Under the pieces are notes generated by a model. That model made no database searches, was not told the origin of the DNA, and saw nothing but the letters and a program-made list of their open reading frames with translations. DNA of 63,358 bases, counting the filler, from Folioceros fuciformis (Eukaryota), in NCBI GenBank assembly GCA_049999805.1. It is 13 parts of 13 records of this genome, joined end to end, with 100 filler letters (N's around TTAATTAATTAA, not from the genome) between each part and the next. Parts side by side here need not be neighbours in the genome. Positions count along the whole stretch, not along the records: positions 59,252 to 63,358 come from JBNGIO010005680.1; 12 more parts are not named here. One strand, 5' to 3'. Both the position numbers and the translations under genes were made by a program. Each line of letters begins with the position of its first letter. The stretch's first letter is position 1. Shown here one piece after another: positions 61,420 to 63,358 of the stretch.

Positions 61420-61481
61420 CACATAAGTCCCTCTTCAAGGAAGGGTGTAGATACACTCTTCCTTGATGGAGAACTTATGTG
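61420..61481. repeat. Imperfect hairpin (29-bp arms)
   Basis: CACATAAGTCCCTCTTCAAGGAAGGGTGT-AGAT-ACACTCTTCCTTGATGGAGAACTTATGTG; 24/29 complementary. Confidence 0.85.
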
Positions 61482-62672
61482 GGAAGTTAGGTGGGGCAAA
61501 GCAAGAGGAGGTGCATGTGGGGCGAAGCTGATAATAAGTGGAGCTGTGCAATGGTGAATTCGTGGTAGAGGGGAAGAGATTCGGAGTGGATTCCGCCAAG
61601 GTAGGGAAGCTCACACAACAAGATAGGGATTGGGATGTAGGGAGGGAAAAACAAAAACATTGGAGATTCTAAAAGGAGGAGGAGGTGGAGATGGACAGTG
61701 TGCTGAGTAGGGCGAGAAGAAGGGGGAGGGGTGGCCATTGTTGATCATAGCCAAGCGCGCCCTCCCCAACAGCGATTTCCAGCAACTTGTGAGTTCAACT
61801 TGCTGATCTTTGAGTCTTGGTACAACTTCTAGCATTTCCACAACTCTAGTTCCATCTTGCAGCTACCAGTTCCTCTCCAGTAGTTCATGGCAGTGCCGAG
61901 CAGTGCAGCTCCAGCTTGCTAATGTTCGCTGCACCAACAGTTGCCGACCACCTACCCAAGCCCATGATCCCCCAACCATGCTCCAGTTTTGGTTGGTAAT
62001 TCCTAGTTTGTGGCCAGCGTTTATGTGGCAATTACAATGAACTCCTGCTGATCTCAATGCTCTCAATCAGCAACCTCACAATTCACATTGAAAAGGCTAG
62101 ATAGCCCCTCCAACAGCGCTGATCCATGCTGGCCCCCGGCTCCCGGCTATCGGTAGCATGGTCCCTTGTTCATAGCTCACCAGCTCACCTTCCTCCTCAT
62201 AGCTTACCATGGCTTGAGCCCTTAGCACCGTAGGCAGTCGTTGGCTTATTGCTATCCTTATGTTTGCTCACAATAATGTGCCCTAGCAACTGACACAGCT
62301 AGTCCTCACCTATCCAATAGTAAGAGACAACCCACATGCATAGATTTGCCCTCCATTGTAGCTTCTTGTTCAAACTATTACTTTAACTATTTAATTATTA
62401 TCTAACTTAACTAAATTAATTATATAATTATTATTACTAAGCCAAAAACCAAACCTATATTCAGACCTATGGTCTGGTACCAAAGCTAAATTTAATAACC
62501 ACACCAATTATTTTCTAGTCATTTAGCCTAATAAGTAAGAGGAAAAATAGAAAAGATAATAACCCAAAAATAGAGAAAAATAAATAAAAATAATGAAAAA
62601 AACCATACAGAAGTTGTCTGTAACCCTTTTTTAACGAAAACAAACCATTGCCCCAAACTTTGGAGGTTCACA
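61478..62672 (-). repeat. LTR-like element of the TGTGAACC family (left boundary uncertain)
   Basis: The minus strand begins TGTGAACCTCCAAAGTTTGGGG as at 44568. No TSD found. Confidence 0.55.
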
Positions 62673-63358
62673 TATGTTGGGACATCTATGAGCCTTTTAA
62701 GATAATTTTATCCACATGTGCGTATTATTGGGTGTTGCATCATCTCAGCATAGAGGAGTACCTCTCCAAGAATTTAGTGATGTGATCAGCTTGTATTCTT
62801 CCTCCATAATTATGTGTGAGAGTATGGAGGCAAAAACTATGATAGGAAGTATGCCTTCATTGACAAATTTAAGTTGGCTTTCTCCGTATCACAATCAAGG
62901 GGGCTAAATATTCAACCTTCTCTTTTTGGACTTTCTTACAACATTGCTCTCACGATGAAGATCTTCCTCATCTTCCACTATCTTCTTCCTTCCTATGGCC
63001 TTGAGCTTCATAGCATCTCGTCTCTTCAAAAGCTTGTCTTCAAGCATGGTATTGGCCTACGGCTCAACGGTTTCTTTTTATGTCATTCTCAAAATTTGTG
63101 GATCTAACAGTGGCTATTCCACAATGGCTTCTACAATACACTACTAGAATGGAGCATCATTTATGATAGAGGTATTACGATGTGGAGATCGTCTCTCTCA
63201 TTCATGTATCATTAGTTGTGTCACAATTTGCAGAGAGTATAACAATGATGGCTAGTGTTATCACATCCTCAGTTGTTGTTGCTGACAAGTAGGTTTATGG
63301 TTCATCTAAGTCCATGGAATGACCACCAATTCCAAGTTATGTTTCTTTCAAATCACGT

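Noticed and set aside
62673-63358. Possible Gypsy gag remnant on the minus strand (HITKFLERY)
   Set aside because: A single weak motif amid many stops; not enough to call.

Overview
Eukaryotic, transposon-saturated DNA, most likely from a streptophyte such as a charophyte alga or non-seed plant (inferred from the element types, not proven). The window is 13 small contigs concatenated with artificial 100-nt N44-TTAATTAATTAA-N44 linkers, so adjacency is only meaningful within a contig. It holds about 15 mostly decayed and nested Ty1/Copia LTR retrotransposon pieces, several with short 164-245 bp LTRs. It also holds one L1-type LINE ORF2 remnant, large LTR-like repeats with GC-rich G-skewed blocks, several minisatellites and hairpins, and one probable host gene (a secreted beta-trefoil/ricin-B-like protein at 59263-59847). 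The standout is at 21405-25925, inside one contig: a probable Ty3/Gypsy retroelement whose polyprotein frame runs Gag (two CCHC knuckles), aspartic protease, then a DNMT3-like cytosine-5 DNA methyltransferase. The methyltransferase is cut exactly at its expected catalytic Cys codon by a Copia LTR with non-canonical AG...CT ends. Several Copia elements also carry unexplained extra ORFs, antisense in the 3' region or upstream of gag.
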